Shown here: positions 33,101 through 45,389 of the stretch, in pieces | Numbering within the stretch: the stretch's first letter is position 1 | Layout of the letters: each line of letters begins with the position of its first letter | NCBI GenBank assembly: GCA_963771175.1 | Contig: CAVYSY010000032.1 | Coordinates: forward strand, 288,001-352,000 | Reading direction: 5' to 3' | DNA from: an uncultured delta proteobacterium | Lineage (GTDB): Bacteria; Myxococcota; Myxococcia; Myxococcales; Myxococcaceae | DNA: 64,000 nucleotides | Notes under the pieces: model-generated | Database searches by the model: none | The model's input: only the letters and a program-made list of their open reading frames with translations | Told to the model about the DNA's origin: nothing | Position numbers and translations under genes: made by a program

Positions 33101-33397
33101 CAGCGCCTGGCCCTTGCGCACCGCCACCAGCTCGGAGAGCCCCGCGGAGTCCACGTCCGCGGGCAGGTGCAGCTCCACGCCCACCACCTTGGGGGCGGCC
33201 GGGAGCACCGGGGCCTCGGGCTGAACCAGAAGCCTCGGCGACTCGACGGATTTCGCCGGCTCCACCTTCTCCGGCTGCGCCGCCGCGGAGCACGCCAGCA
33301 GCAGGCCGAGCGCGAACGCTACTCGGACTCCCAGCTCAACTTGAGCTCGAGTCCGAGGTTGCCGATGCCAAAGGCGTTGCTGTTCTCGTTGTCCCAC
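30188..33397 (-). CDS. Omp85-family (TamA/BamA-like) outer membrane protein with multiple POTRA domains
   Basis: POTRA repeats, FYLGGSSSLRGF, GLRYQTPVGPL, terminal FSIGTF; start uncertain. Confidence 0.9.
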   Translation of the reverse strand: MGQREQQRLWHRQPRTRAQVELGVRVAFALGLLLACSAAAQPEKVEPAKSVESPRLLVQPEAPVLPAAPKVVGVELHLPADVDSAGLSELVAVRKGQALSARAVRRSVERLWASGRFSDIVVRAVDVPGGVRVVFALTPMHPILRLAVEGNVVLKDSALVEELRTHGIAVGQRLDEDVLQAAVMGLSRAYGRQGYNEARVQVTRESVPGGVSLVFTLFEGNPTRVAAVSVSGSPGLPLSELIGTLGLKVGGVLDRGGLDSGLERLRMLLRERGYWRSIVGQPTLTGAGDAATVVVPLSAGPRFTLRFHGNHRFSDTLLARVVIFDGSEPLDASTVARLARRLESFYRYRGFHDVHVEPREVLRPDGEEAVLAFDIEEGHPLRVWRVNFRGNTLFSNEVLREMLTESLRANEPQPAGLSRLLDDPTEQAGRGRRLLGPPEWVHEPATVFVEEAYRGAAEAMTEAYRERGFLEAQVRFTRLRVDLARRTAVAWFDVHEGTQMQVAEVRVEGGPPGFDGHRLVPVKPGEPMSLDAVERGRQALVAELARKGYLFARGDVDPKPAGKGVSVLYRLEPGPRVTVGRVLIRGATRTNEEVVRATIHLKEDEVLDPEKMFESQRRLALLNIFRQVTVRLEKSDVPEASKDVVVEVRERPRLEGEVAGGYFLAEGPRLVADTTWSNIDGRGLNLSGRLKINYAGANATALEKALDCKRVSDAGLPPPAECLASESWLNDFGGRLVLSAVQPRLYGLLPAEVGARFDLVGERVHRPSYLSSRLAAMAGLDWSATRWLNFTLQYELEGNLMEVGSRTLTTPSRADQERLRFPFGFFFMHSLRSSASVDLRDDPVNPRKGLVVATTAELMRDIRSRPLNSVGEPVDAQPINGLKLSGNVSMYAPLPARAVLALSVRAGTIVPLEDQAWVIGPKRFYLGGSSSLRGFREDGLLAEDRRTELRRQVADCRSLIHPAGCGADLLAILGGQSPTSEGGQLFTLAKGEVRIPVRSSFDLGLFLEAGNLWLDRAQFDLAALRYTTGAGLRYQTPVGPLALDVGVNLDPDQTLNEPEFQLHFSIGTF

Positions 33398-36300
33398 TGG
33401 GCCTGAGCGGAGAGGCGGTTGTCGAAATGGTACTCGGCACGCGCGCGAGTCCCTCGCCCGCTGACGGGTTGCGTCACGCCAATCTTAAGCTGCTCCGTGA
33501 GGAACTTCGACTCCAACCGAGCGGTCGGCTCCGCCTGTTGGGTGGCGTCGTTGTAGGTGGTGGAGATCTGCAGGGACAGGTCCTTGAGGACCGGGTTGTT
33601 GGGGATGAAGCGCTGCACCTGCCGGTCCAGCCCGGAGATGTTGAAGAAGGCCTCGGCGGCCAGACCCGCGCTGGCGGAGGCGGCCGTGTCCTTGTCCGTG
33701 CTCGTGAGACCCAGAGTGAGGAGCGAGAGCACATCGCCCTCGGGCAGTGCCGGCTCCGAGGTGAGGAGCACCTGGGGAGCGGCCGGGCGGCCGAATGCGT
33801 GCAGTTTCACCTGGTACTCGCGCACCTGGGCCTGGGCGCGCAGGTCGAACACCGGATCGATGCCGAAGCGGTCCTGGAAGATGATCTGCCCGCGGCTGAC
33901 GGTGAACTGGTTGTTGCGGAAGAAGGCCTGACTGCCCTCTTCCGTCTCCAGCGTGCCGAGCACGCCCGGACGCACGTTGGTGCCGGTGAGCCGCAGCGAC
34001 CCGAGCAGCCGCGCGCGGGCCAGGTTGTTGTCCACGCGCACGTCACCCAGGTGCATGCCGATGTCGAAGGTGAGGTACTCGCGAGGCTTCTCCGTGGGCG
34101 TGGACAGCACGCTGCGCCGGGCGAGCCGCTTGAGGATGTCGTCCAGCTCCAGGCCCCGACGGTAGCGCAGGTTGCGGATGTCGAGCGCGCCGCCCAGCCG
34201 CAGCGCATCCGGGGTGCCGGTGAGCCAGAGCTGCCCGGTGGTGTTGAAGGGCAGGTCCTCGTGGAAGCGCGTGGCCACGTCGGAGAGGGAGACGTTCAGC
34301 ATCACCTCGGAGGGCTGGAAGTTGTCCAACCGCACGTCGCCGCTGGCCTGCACGCGGCCCTCGTTGAGCTGGCCCTGCAGCGACTCCAGGAGGATGCGCT
34401 GCTCGGTGAACTCCACCCGCCCGGACACGCCCCGCACCGACAGCGGCTGGTCCCTCAGAGACAGCTTGGTGTCGGAGATGAAGGCCGTGCCCGCCAGGGT
34501 CGGCTTGCTCGGGCTGCCGCCGGCCACGGCGTTGAGCTCCACCCGGCCGCCGGTGCGCACCAGCATGGGCGAGAGGGACTCGAGCACGCGCAGGTCCATG
34601 GCACCGCGCAGGAAGAGCTCGAGCCGCTCGAGGCCCACCCAGCCGGCCGCGGACAGCTCGGTGTCCGGCCCGCGGAAGAGGAAGGAGGGAACCTCCAGCC
34701 GCCCGTTCGCGTAGCTCAACGCGATGGGGCCCTCGTTCGCCCCGAAGAACCCCCCGCGCGACAGGGTGAGCCGCTCCACGGTGGCGTTCATCTGGATGGA
34801 CTGCACGTTGCGCAGCGCGCCCTGCGCCATCACCACCGCCTTGACCGAGCCGGACAGCCCCTGCGTGAAGGCATTGGCGGGCAGCAGCGGGCGGATTTCC
34901 GGCAGCTCCAGCGTCACCGCCGCGTCGAAGGCGTACGGCTCGCGCACGCGCATCCGCAGGATGCCGCTCGTGTCGCGGGAGGGACGACCCGCCACCATCA
35001 GCTCGCGCCCCTCCAGACGCGCCTCGAGGCCCATGTTGCCCAGGTTGCGGTTGGCGAACGTCACCTGCGGACCCCACACCCGGGCCGTCGTCACCGGCAG
35101 GTCCGTGTTGCCCTCCACCGCGCCTTCCAGGGCGAGCGTGCCCTGCACTTCCAGGCGCTTCGCCGACTCGGGGCCGACGAGCTCCTCCAGGGACAGGCTC
35201 TCGCCGCCGAAGCGGTAGTCCAGCTTGCCCTTGTCGGGCCCGGAGAAGAAGAAGGAGCCCTCCACCCAGGTGCGGCCCAGCGGCCCCTCCAGCGTCGAGC
35301 GCTCCAACACCATGGCCTTGCCATCATCAAAGCGCAGCCGGGCCGAGCCGTTGCCCATGCGCCGCCCGTAGTACGTGGTGTTCTTGAAGTCCAAGGCCAC
35401 CAGGCCCTCGAACTGGTCCACCGGGCTGTCGATCTCCACCCGGCCGGAGACCTCGCCCACCAGAGGCCCCTGCATGACGGAGATGGTGGAGTTGAGCCCA
35501 GCGATGAGGTCGATCAGATCCTCGGTGCGCCCGCGCGGCACCTCCACCTCGGCCCGCGCGTGCATCGAGCGCCCGAAGGTGAGCGCCGCGTTGCCGAAGT
35601 ACTGGGTGCGCCCCTTCTGTCCCGAGAGGTTGGGAAAGCCCAGCACCTTGTCCTGGTACGTCACCTTCCCCTGCACCACGCCCAGGTTGAAGCCCCAGAA
35701 CTCGAAGTCGCGCAGCGACAGGCTCGCGCCGATCTTCACGTCCGAGTACGGCCCCTCGATGGTAGCGCTCGCCGCGCCGCGCCCGGCCCACGGGAGCTCC
35801 GCGATGTGGCCGAAGTCGGAGAGGTCCATGTCGCCGCGGGTATTCACCAGGAGGCCCTTCTGCGGCTCGTAGAAGAGCGTCGCATCGCCGGTGAGGTGCG
35901 AGCGGCCCGACTCCAGGTCGATACCGTTGAAGACGACGCGGTCGCCCAGCAGTGCCACCTGCGAGCGCACGCGGCCGCGCTCGTAGGTGAGGAGCATGCT
36001 CCCGGTGTTCTCGGGCGCATCGAAGGCGCGTGTGGCGAGCACGAAGCGGCCGTGGCGCAGGTCCAGGTCACCCGACAGGTTGGGCCTGGGCAGCAACGTG
36101 CCGGACAGGTGCGCCCTGGCGCTGGCCGGGAAGTCCACCCAGGAGCCCGTCAGGCCCGCCTTCTCCAGGATGCGGCCGAACGACGCCTCGCGCGTCTCCA
36201 GGTCCAGCACCACCGGCAATCCCTGGCCGAGCCCGATGGTGCCGGTGATGCGCGCGTCCCCGGAGCCAATGGGAAGCGTGAGTTCCTCCACCGTCACCTG

Positions 36301-37252
36301 GTCTCCCGCGTACGCCAGCCGGGCCGTGAGCGAGCCCGGGGTGTACTTCCCGTAGGCGAGCCCACTGCCGGACAGCTCCAGCGACACGCTGGGCGCCGCC
36401 GGGCGGCCATTCACCGTGAGACGGGACCAGAGGTGCCCCTTCGCGTCCTTCGGCAGCAGCCCCGCCTGCGACAGCGTCCGCAGTGGCAGGAACACCTGCG
36501 CGTCCAGCGCGAGCACGGGATCACAGAGCTGCTCCACGCGACCGGAGATGTTCACCGTGACGTCGTCGAGCCCCACCTCGGCGCGGTCGAGCTCCAGCAA
36601 CTCCTCGTCCACGTCCAGCCCGCCCGAGAGCGCCAGCCGCCCGAGCGCGAGCTCCTGCCCTGGACCCAGGCGCACGAGGCCGCGCCGGGCCTCCACCTCG
36701 AACTCCTCCTCGCCCCAGCGCTCGCGCAGGCCGACGTCCAGCTCGGACACCTCCACCTGCCGGCCGCCGGGCAACACCAGCCGCAGCTCCGCGCCGGTGA
36801 TGGAGAGCCGGGACAGGCGCAGCCGCCGCAGCGGCACCAGCGGGCACACGCCCTCCTTGTCCGGGTCCTTGGGCGGCCTGGGACGCGACAGGTCCAACGA
36901 GAGCCGCGGCCGGTGGATGCGCACCAGGTCGATGGCCACCGTGCCGGAGATGGGGTTGGGGAGACCGAGCTGCACCTCGGCCGAGTCCGCGGCGAACACC
37001 GGGGTGTCGGCGCCCTTCTCGAAGGCGGACACGCCACGCAGGATGAGTCGCTGGCCGAGCGGATCCACCTCACACTGGCCGATGCCCACCTCCAGCCCAA
37101 GCAGCGCCGGGAGCTGGCGTCGGGCCTGGGTGCACAAACCATCCCAGACGGTGCGCGTACGCAGAGCCAGCACCGTCCCCGATCACGAGAGTGAGGACGA
37201 TGAGCCACAGCGGCGCCTTGCGCGCGCCCTGCTGCCTGGGACGAGGGGCCAA
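33319..37252 (-). CDS. tamB: TamB/AsmA-like protein (apparent frameshift ~37180 separates the N-terminal TM anchor)
   Basis: Long beta-rich protein with DUF490-like end (IDPVFDLRAQ..LTSEPALPEGDVLSLL), adjacent to an Omp85 gene. Confidence 0.85.
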
Positions 37253-37257
37253 AACGG

Positions 37258-38196
37258 CTACAGCTTACCGAGTCCCTCGAGATAGCGGTCGATCTCCGCG
37301 AGATCCACCTTCGAGGTGCCGCCTGCCCGACTGCCCGAGCTGGCGGCCAGGGCGGGCTTCTGTGGACTCTCCGGCAGCGACGAGCCCTGGAGTCCCAGGT
37401 TGTCCGCGATGCGATGGATCAGCTTGTCGCTGATGGTCTGCTCGCGGGCGAGGAAGGTCTCGAAGAGAGCGTTGTCGCAGATGCTGTTGATGACGCGCGG
37501 GGTGCCGCCCGAGCGCTGGTGGACGGCCAGCAGGGCCTCGGGGGTGAAGGGCATGCGCGGGCAGCCGGCCAGCCGGAGGCGATGCTTGATGTAGGCCTCG
37601 GTGGACTCGGCGGTGAAGGGCTCCAGCTTGTAGCGGAGCGCCACGCGCTGGGCGAGCGGCGGGTCCAGCTTGAGGTTCTTCTCGATCTCCGGCAGGCCGA
37701 AGAAGACGAAGGAGATGAGCTTGCGCTCGGGGACCTCCAGGTTCAGCAGGCCCCGGAACTCCTCCATCAGCTCGCGCGTCTCCAGCATCTGGGCCTCGTC
37801 GATGAGGACGACGGCCTTCTTGCCGGACTCGTAGATTTGGAGCAGCCGCTGGTAGAGCTGGGACAGCAGGGCCAGCTTCTCCTGGGCGGGGTTCTCCACG
37901 CCGAGCTGCAGGGCGATGCGGCGCAGCAACCAGTTGGCGGTGATGCCGGAGTGGATGATGACGAGCAGCGCGGCCTCGTACTCGGACTCGGGCAGCGAGT
38001 CGAGCATGCGGCGCGCCAGCGTCGTCTTGCCCGCCCCGATGTCACCAATCAGGATGGACAGACCCTTCATGTAGCTGACCGCGTGCATGAGCCGGGTCAG
38101 GGCCTGCGAGTGCTGGGCCGAGTTGTAATAGAAACGGCTCACCGGGGCGTTGGAGAAAGGCTCCTGGGTGAGCTCGAAGTAATCGAGGTAGGTCAT
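37258..38196 (-). CDS. ExeA-family AAA ATPase
   Basis: YLDYFELTQEPFS, GDIGAGKTT, VLIDEAQML, GGTPRVINSICDNAL. Confidence 0.92.
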   Translation of the reverse strand: MTYLDYFELTQEPFSNAPVSRFYYNSAQHSQALTRLMHAVSYMKGLSILIGDIGAGKTTLARRMLDSLPESEYEAALLVIIHSGITANWLLRRIALQLGVENPAQEKLALLSQLYQRLLQIYESGKKAVVLIDEAQMLETRELMEEFRGLLNLEVPERKLISFVFFGLPEIEKNLKLDPPLAQRVALRYKLEPFTAESTEAYIKHRLRLAGCPRMPFTPEALLAVHQRSGGTPRVINSICDNALFETFLAREQTISDKLIHRIADNLGLQGSSLPESPQKPALAASSGSRAGGTSKVDLAEIDRYLEGLGKL

Positions 38197-38220
38197 GGGC
38201 TCGGCGGACCTCTGACAGCG

Positions 38221-41200
38221 CTAGACGTAGCCTACCTTACGCGGCTTGGCGGTGCCCGCGGCGGCGGGCGGGGCAGCGGGAACGGGCATGCGAGCACCGG
38301 CGGCCGGGGAAGCCCCGGTGGGAGCCCGGCGCGCGGCGGGCAGCGGATCCGTCACCGGCGCGGTGGTGGCGGACAGCCGCTCCACGTGGCCGGAGACGTC
38401 GCGGAACTTCGGGTCGAGCGCGGCCACGCGCTGGTAGTGGTAGAGGGCCTTGCCCGCTTCACCGAGGCCCTCGTAGGCCAGGGCCAGCTCGAAGCCGATC
38501 GCCTTGGCCACCTCGCCGGTGGCGTGCTCGGTGGCGAGGGCCTCCTTGAAGGTCTGCACCGACGCGGCGGCATCGCCCTTCTGGGCCTGCAGCAGGCCGA
38601 TCATCGTGAGGCAGTCCACCTCACGCTTCTTGCCCATGCAGCCCTCGCGGGCCACGTTGAACTCGTTGAGGGCGTCGTCGATGAGGCCCATCTCGCGGTA
38701 GGCGATGCCCAGGTCGTAGTGGGTGTCCACGTCCTCGGGCTTGACCACCTTGGCGAGGCCCTTCTTGAACTCGGCGAAGACCTCCTCCACCGAGTACTGG
38801 AAGTCCTCTTCCGCCATGGGCGCCGCGGGCTGCTCACCGCCCAGGTCGCCGAACTCTCCGGCCAGCTCCGCCGCCAGATCGAACGCGTCGCGCTCGGCGG
38901 GGGACTCGCCCAGAGCGGGCACCGCGGGCACGGAGACCTCGGCCGCCTCGGTCTCCTCGGTCGTCGAGGCGCCACCGGACTCGGCCGCCTCGAGCTGGGC
39001 CATCAGCTCCTCGGCGCGCGCGTGACCCGGGAAGGCGATCATCACCGTCTCGAGGATCTCCCGCGCCTCCTCGAAGAGGCCCTGGTCGATGAAGAAGCTG
39101 GCCTCGTCGCACTCCTCGCCAGCCGGCTCCTCCTGGGGCTCCTCGACGACGGGCGCGGGCTGGGCCTTGGGAGCAGGCTGGGCCTTGGGCGCGGGCTGAG
39201 CCTTGGCAACGGGCGCTGCGGCCTGAGGCTGCGCCTTGGGCACCGCCGCCACCACGGGCTTGGGCGCGGGCGCGGGTTCGGGCTCGTCGAACTCGTAGGA
39301 AGCGAGCGCCGGCGAGTCCTCCGAGGTGCCCTCGTCCTCGAGGGGCAGCCCCGGGGAGCCGAGCGACGTCTGCTCGGAGTCGAACGGGTCCACCTCCAGC
39401 GGGAGCGCCGACACCCGTGTGGGCATGTCGTTCAGCGGGAGCGCCGACACCCGCGTGGGCATGTCGTCCATCTCCCCGAGAGCGGACTCGTCCGAGAAGG
39501 CATCCTGGAGGAACTGCGCCGAGGGCGCCCCCACCTGGGTCGGGGGCGGCTCGTCCTCGTCGCCGAGCGCCAGCGGGGCGCCGGGGTCGTCCGCCAGCAG
39601 CGGCTCGTCCTCCGAGGAGGCGGCCATCTCGAAGGCGGTATCGTCCGCGCCGACCGGCTCCATGAAGACGGTGGTGGCCTCCTCGGGCTCGTCGCCGGCG
39701 CCGAACAGGGGCTCGTCCCCCGACACCACCGCGCCCGGCTCGTCGGCGAGCACCAGCCCGTCGTCGGAGTCCGCCGACATGCCGAACGCATCGGAGACGA
39801 TCTCGTCCTGCACGTCGTCCGAGCCGCTCACGGACACCAGCGCGAGCTCGTCTCCAGGCGGGTGCTCCAGGGCATCGGCGGGCGCATCGGCGACGACGAT
39901 CTCATCGTCGTTGGAGTCCACGAGGATGGCGTCCTCGCCAACGGCCTCCACCTGCGCGCCCGTCACGGGCACCACTTCATCCGACTGCAGCACGGCCAGG
40001 AACGCCGGCACCTCGGGGTGGCCGGGGTTCTGCTGGAGGATGGTGGCCAGGTACGGCTGGGCGCGCTGCACCTCCGCGCGACGCGTGCACAGCCGGAGCA
40101 CGTTCAGGAGCTGCTCGCTGGCCTGGGCCGCGTTCCCGGAGGCGACGTAGATGTGGAACGCCTTCTCGTGCGCGTCGAGGTTCTCCGGATCCACCGCGAA
40201 GATCTTCCGCAGGTGCTCGAGCGCCTTATCGTGCAGGCCGTACTTGACGTAGACTTCCGTCTCCGTCAGCAGCTTGGAGAATTGGTCCTTGCCAGCCTGC
40301 TCCTTGCCGGCCTGGGCCGCGGCGGGCGCGGGAGCACTCGCGGCCGGCGGAGGGGCCGGAGTGGGCGGAGCCGCGGGAGCCGCCGCGACGGGAGCCGCCA
40401 CGACAGCCGGCTTCGGGATGGGAGCGGGGGTCGGAGCGGGAGTTGGGGCCGCGACGGGAGCCGGGGCAGGCGCGGCGGCGGACGGGCCCGCGGACTTGTA
40501 GGCCTGCAGATCCGCATCGGCCGGATCCAACTCGGCCACGCGGTTCCAGATGTTGTTGGCGTCCTGGTTGCGACCGCGCTCCTGGTAGACCTTGGCCAGC
40601 TCCTTGTAGACGGAGATGGTCTTGGCCGTCTGCCCGAGCCCGTGGAAGGCCTGGGCCAACATGTTGAGCGTCTCGACGTCGCGCCCATCCGCCTTGAAGC
40701 ACACCTGCAACCGGGCCAGCGCGCGCTTCTGATCTCCGCGCGACAGGTACTGCTGGGCCAGATCCTTGGCGAGCGCGACGTTGTCCGGATCCAACGTGGA
40801 GAGTCGTTCCGCCACGCGGAACCAGTCATCCATCCGGTTGTTGCGCTTGAGGTACTCGGCGGCCTTCTTGAACTCCTGGGTGGCCTCGCGAGGGAGGTTC
40901 TCGCGCGCGTACAGCTCGGCGAGCTTGATCTTCGACGCCACGTTATCGGGGTCGAGATCCACCATCTTCTTGAGCGTATCCAGCGAGTTCTTGACGTCGC
41001 CGGCCTTCTCGTAGTGGTTGGCGACGAGCTGGAAATACGCCATGGCCTCGGACATCAGTCCGAGCTGCTGATGGAGCTCCGCGAGCTTGAGGTTGACCTC
41101 GAGCAGGTTGGGGTTGAGCTTGAGGACCTGCTTGTAGAGGGCAACGGCCTTGAGGAAGAAGCCGTCGGTCGAGTAGCCCTCGGCGACCTTGGTGAAGTAG

Positions 41201-41373
41201 TGGGCGGCCTGAACGTTGTCGTTCTTCTTCTGGTACAGCTCGCCCATCTTCTGGAGGACGCGCCCGTCCTTCGGGTCGACCTCCAGTACCTTCTGGTACT
41301 CCTTGATGGCCTTGTCGTAGGCGCCCTTCGCAACGAGCTTGGCGGCGGCTTCGATGATCTTGTTCTTGTCCAT
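38221..41373 (-). CDS. sgmX: SgmX-like TPR protein (MglA effector for type IVa pili)
   Basis: N-terminal TPR array, acidic linker, C-terminal DVDTHYDLGIAYREMGL TPRs; located between accC and exeA/tamB. Confidence 0.8.
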   Translation of the reverse strand: MDKNKIIEAAAKLVAKGAYDKAIKEYQKVLEVDPKDGRVLQKMGELYQKKNDNVQAAHYFTKVAEGYSTDGFFLKAVALYKQVLKLNPNLLEVNLKLAELHQQLGLMSEAMAYFQLVANHYEKAGDVKNSLDTLKKMVDLDPDNVASKIKLAELYARENLPREATQEFKKAAEYLKRNNRMDDWFRVAERLSTLDPDNVALAKDLAQQYLSRGDQKRALARLQVCFKADGRDVETLNMLAQAFHGLGQTAKTISVYKELAKVYQERGRNQDANNIWNRVAELDPADADLQAYKSAGPSAAAPAPAPVAAPTPAPTPAPIPKPAVVAAPVAAAPAAPPTPAPPPAASAPAPAAAQAGKEQAGKDQFSKLLTETEVYVKYGLHDKALEHLRKIFAVDPENLDAHEKAFHIYVASGNAAQASEQLLNVLRLCTRRAEVQRAQPYLATILQQNPGHPEVPAFLAVLQSDEVVPVTGAQVEAVGEDAILVDSNDDEIVVADAPADALEHPPGDELALVSVSGSDDVQDEIVSDAFGMSADSDDGLVLADEPGAVVSGDEPLFGAGDEPEEATTVFMEPVGADDTAFEMAASSEDEPLLADDPGAPLALGDEDEPPPTQVGAPSAQFLQDAFSDESALGEMDDMPTRVSALPLNDMPTRVSALPLEVDPFDSEQTSLGSPGLPLEDEGTSEDSPALASYEFDEPEPAPAPKPVVAAVPKAQPQAAAPVAKAQPAPKAQPAPKAQPAPVVEEPQEEPAGEECDEASFFIDQGLFEEAREILETVMIAFPGHARAEELMAQLEAAESGGASTTEETEAAEVSVPAVPALGESPAERDAFDLAAELAGEFGDLGGEQPAAPMAEEDFQYSVEEVFAEFKKGLAKVVKPEDVDTHYDLGIAYREMGLIDDALNEFNVAREGCMGKKREVDCLTMIGLLQAQKGDAAASVQTFKEALATEHATGEVAKAIGFELALAYEGLGEAGKALYHYQRVAALDPKFRDVSGHVERLSATTAPVTDPLPAARRAPTGASPAAGARMPVPAAPPAAAGTAKPRKVGYV
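39397..39466 (-). repeat. 36-bp-period tandem duplication encoding DMPTRVSALPL twice
   Basis: cagcgggagcgccgacacccgYgtgggcatgtcg at 39397 and 39433. Confidence 0.9.
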
Positions 41374-41497
41374 CGAGCGTGGGCTTCCTGCCGAGCGAAC
41401 CCCCCGGAAAGTCTGGGGATTCTGCTTCCTTCAAGGTGACTGCGAGGGAGAGTCGAGGCTAGCGGAATCCTCCCTCACGGGTCAAGGAATCCACCCG

Positions 41498-41529
41498 GCA
41501 CAACCCCCCGCAGGATCAGGGGGTTGTGC
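41498..41529. terminator. Stem-loop downstream of accC
   Basis: gcacaacccc ... ggggttgtgc inverted repeat; no clear U-tract. Confidence 0.45.
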
Positions 41530-41548
41530 GAAGAGCAGGCAGGCAAGC

Positions 41549-42947
<1,399 letters not shown>

Positions 42948-42986
42948 GATGTCGTGCCTCCGCGGGGCGCCGAGCGCCCGCGTACG

Positions 42987-43568
42987 TCAGACCGGCTCGA
43001 TGCGGAACAGCGCCTGGCCGAACTCGACCGGCTGCCCGTTCTCCACGAGGATCTCGGCGACCTTGCCCGCCACGTCGGCCTCGATCTCGTTCATCAGCTT
43101 CATGGCTTCGATGATGCAGAGCACCTGGCCCTTCTTCACCACCGAGCCCACGTCGACGAAGGCGGGCGGTCCGGGGCGGGCGTCCGGTAGAACGTGCCCC
43201 ACGAACGGGCTGGTGACGACGTGACCGGGCCGCTCCGCCGCCGGAGCGGCGGCCGCGACGGGAGCCGGAGCCGCCACGGCGGGAGCAGCAGCCATGGGGG
43301 CGGCGGCCATCACCGGAGCAGGACTCACCGAAGGCGTCACCGGGGCCGCATGGACGATGGTGGGCACGGGCGCGGGGCCACGGCGGATGAACAGCCGCTC
43401 CTCACCACGCTGCCACACCAGCCGCGTCACCTCGGACGCCTCGAGGATCTCCACGATCTGCCGGAGCGCCTCCACGTCCAGGGCGGTGGTGTTGCCCTCC
43501 ACACGCACGCCACCAGACTGCGCGGCGGGCGCGGACTCCGTTCGGATTGCCTTGCGCTTGGTTGCCAA
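42987..43568 (-). CDS. accB: Biotin carboxyl carrier protein
   Basis: [13 protein letters not shown] biotinylation motif; TTG start after a GGAGGG-like RBS. Confidence 0.92.
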   Translation of the reverse strand: MATKRKAIRTESAPAAQSGGVRVEGNTTALDVEALRQIVEILEASEVTRLVWQRGEERLFIRRGPAPVPTIVHAAPVTPSVSPAPVMAAAPMAAAPAVAAPAPVAAAAPAAERPGHVVTSPFVGHVLPDARPGPPAFVDVGSVVKKGQVLCIIEAMKLMNEIEADVAGKVAEILVENGQPVEFGQALFRIEPV

Positions 43569-43599
43569 TTCCGTCCCCTCCCTGAACCGCGGTGGATTC

Positions 43600-44177
43600 T
43601 CAGCCCGCGGTGGCCACGCGCGTGAGGTACTTGCCGTCGCGCGTGTCGATCTTGAGGATGTCACCCTCGTTGATGAAGAGCGGCACGTTGACGCTGTAGC
43701 CCGTCTCCAGCTCGCCGGCTTCAGCGCACCGGACACCGTGTCGCCACGCACGCCCGGATCGCACTTCGTCACCTTCAGGTCCACCGAGTTCGGCAGGGTC
43801 ACGCCAATGGCCTTGCCGTTGTAGAACAGGATGGCCGCGTTGATGTTCTCCTTCAGGAAGTTCTTCGCCTCCCCGAGCACGTCCGCGCTGATGAACGTCT
43901 GCTCGTAGTTGCGCGTATCCATGAAGTAGAAGTCGCCGCCCTGCTCGTACAGGTACTGCATGTCCTTCTCTTCGATGTCGGGCTTGCCCACCTTGTCGCC
44001 GGACTTGAAGGTCGGCTGAAGCACGCGACCGGACAGCAGGCTGCGGATGGACGTGCGCACGAAGGCGGAGCCCTTGCCCGGCTTGACGTGCTGGAACTCG
44101 ACGATCTCGAACGGCTCGCCGTCGACTTCGATCTTCATGCCCTTGCGGAACTCGGACGTATCAATCACACCGGCCAT
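43600..44177 (-). CDS. efp: Elongation factor P (1-nt deletion ~43715)
   Basis: [24 protein letters not shown]; span 578 nt, one short of a whole number of codons. Confidence 0.95.
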
Positions 44178-44281
44178 GACAGGCTCCTTCGGACAGCTTG
44201 AAAAAGTCCGGGGTGTCTAGCCGATGGGCCACGCCTTGCAAAGGGGAAAGGCGCGGCGCGCTGCGCCGTCGGCCCGGCAGG

Positions 44282-44645
44282 CTACAGACTCAGCGCGAAT
44301 CTTGGGGGCGATCACCCGCAGGACGTATCGGCCCTTACCGTAATTGCCGTCCGCCCGAAGCGCCAGGATGAGGAAGTATTCCGGCGAGATGAGGCGCATC
44401 AGCGTCAGCACACGCTCGCTGTTGACGCTGACCTCCTGGACCTCGCCGGTCTTGAGGGCCTCGGCGGCCTGCCGGAGCTGACCGAGCAGGTTGGCGTACT
44501 CCACCCAGGTGCCGTTCAGATCCAGGTCGGCCGCCTCCTCCTTCTGATGGGTCTCCACGGAGATACCGTCGAAACCCATCACGCTGCAGGCCAGGGCCCC
44601 GTCTACCTGATTGACGACCGACTCGAGGTGCGTGCGGAAGGACAT
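44282..44645 (-). CDS. mglC: Roadblock/LC7 protein MglC
   Basis: VDGALACSVMGFDGISVE..GNYGKGRYVLR; between efp and the pilQ operon; the true stop is probably masked by a 1-nt insertion. Confidence 0.8.
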
Positions 44646-44696
44646 GGCTGCTGGCTTGTAGGAGGGGTGGGTTGTCAGGTCAAGGAGTAGTGGTCG

Positions 44697-45353
44697 TCAT
44701 GGGCAGATGGGCCCCATGTCCTGACCGTAGTTGCCGCAGGGAGCCGGGGTGGCGGAGGGAGTAACGCCAGTCGCGCAGGTCTTGGTCGAGGGATTGTAGC
44801 CGCTGTTGCCCACAGAGATGGGGAAGGTGACCTCGTTGGTCTCCACCACCTGTCCACCGCTCATGCGCCCCCGCCCCTTGACGGTGACGAACACGGTCAC
44901 CGGGTCAGTCACACTGCCCTGCAGCACCGTGAGGGCCTTGGGGCCGAGGGCGTAGAACAGCGCGAAGCTGCCCTCGCCCGAGTCGGGGCGGAACACGGCG
45001 TAGTACGGGATGCTCTCCTCCGCGGGCAGGGGCAGGCTCGGCTCGGAATCGTAGGAGAAGGTGAGCTCGGACAGGGTGATGTCGCTGAGACCCGGACCCG
45101 AGACGGGGACACCGTTGACGCGGGTCTCCTGCACGACCGTGTTGGTCTCGACGCTCAGGCCCAGCAGGTAGCTGTTGCCCGAGGAGATATCGAGCTGGCC
45201 CGAGGTCAGCTGGCGATCACCGAGGCTGCAGGATTCACCACTGCCCGACGTCAGCTCGCGAGTGCCAAGAAAGCGTATGGGGGCATCACCCTGGTTGGCC
45301 ACACAGCCCACCGAGGAGGCCGCCAGCGCCGCAATCATCATCAATCGCTTCAT
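44697..45353 (-). CDS. Cys-containing lipoprotein directly downstream of pilQ
   Basis: MKRLMMIAALAASSVG-C lipobox; C-terminal Cys residues. Confidence 0.8.
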   Translation of the reverse strand: MKRLMMIAALAASSVGCVANQGDAPIRFLGTRELTSGSGESCSLGDRQLTSGQLDISSGNSYLLGLSVETNTVVQETRVNGVPVSGPGLSDITLSELTFSYDSEPSLPLPAEESIPYYAVFRPDSGEGSFALFYALGPKALTVLQGSVTDPVTVFVTVKGRGRMSGGQVVETNEVTFPISVGNSGYNPSTKTCATGVTPSATPAPCGNYGQDMGPICP

Positions 45354-45389
45354 GGACATCGACTCCTTGGACGGCACGAGAGACACCGG

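Noticed and set aside
30209..41439. Very long antisense ORFs (1065, 1255 and 1341 aa; also 45474-48233)
   Set aside because: These are shadow ORFs typical of high-GC coding DNA, with no recognisable motifs.
42987..44177. Apparent 396-aa EF-P/BCCP fusion ORF
   Set aside because: It arises from a 1-nt deletion near the efp 3' end. The native efp C-terminus and stop (43600) and a separate accB RBS/start are present in other frames.
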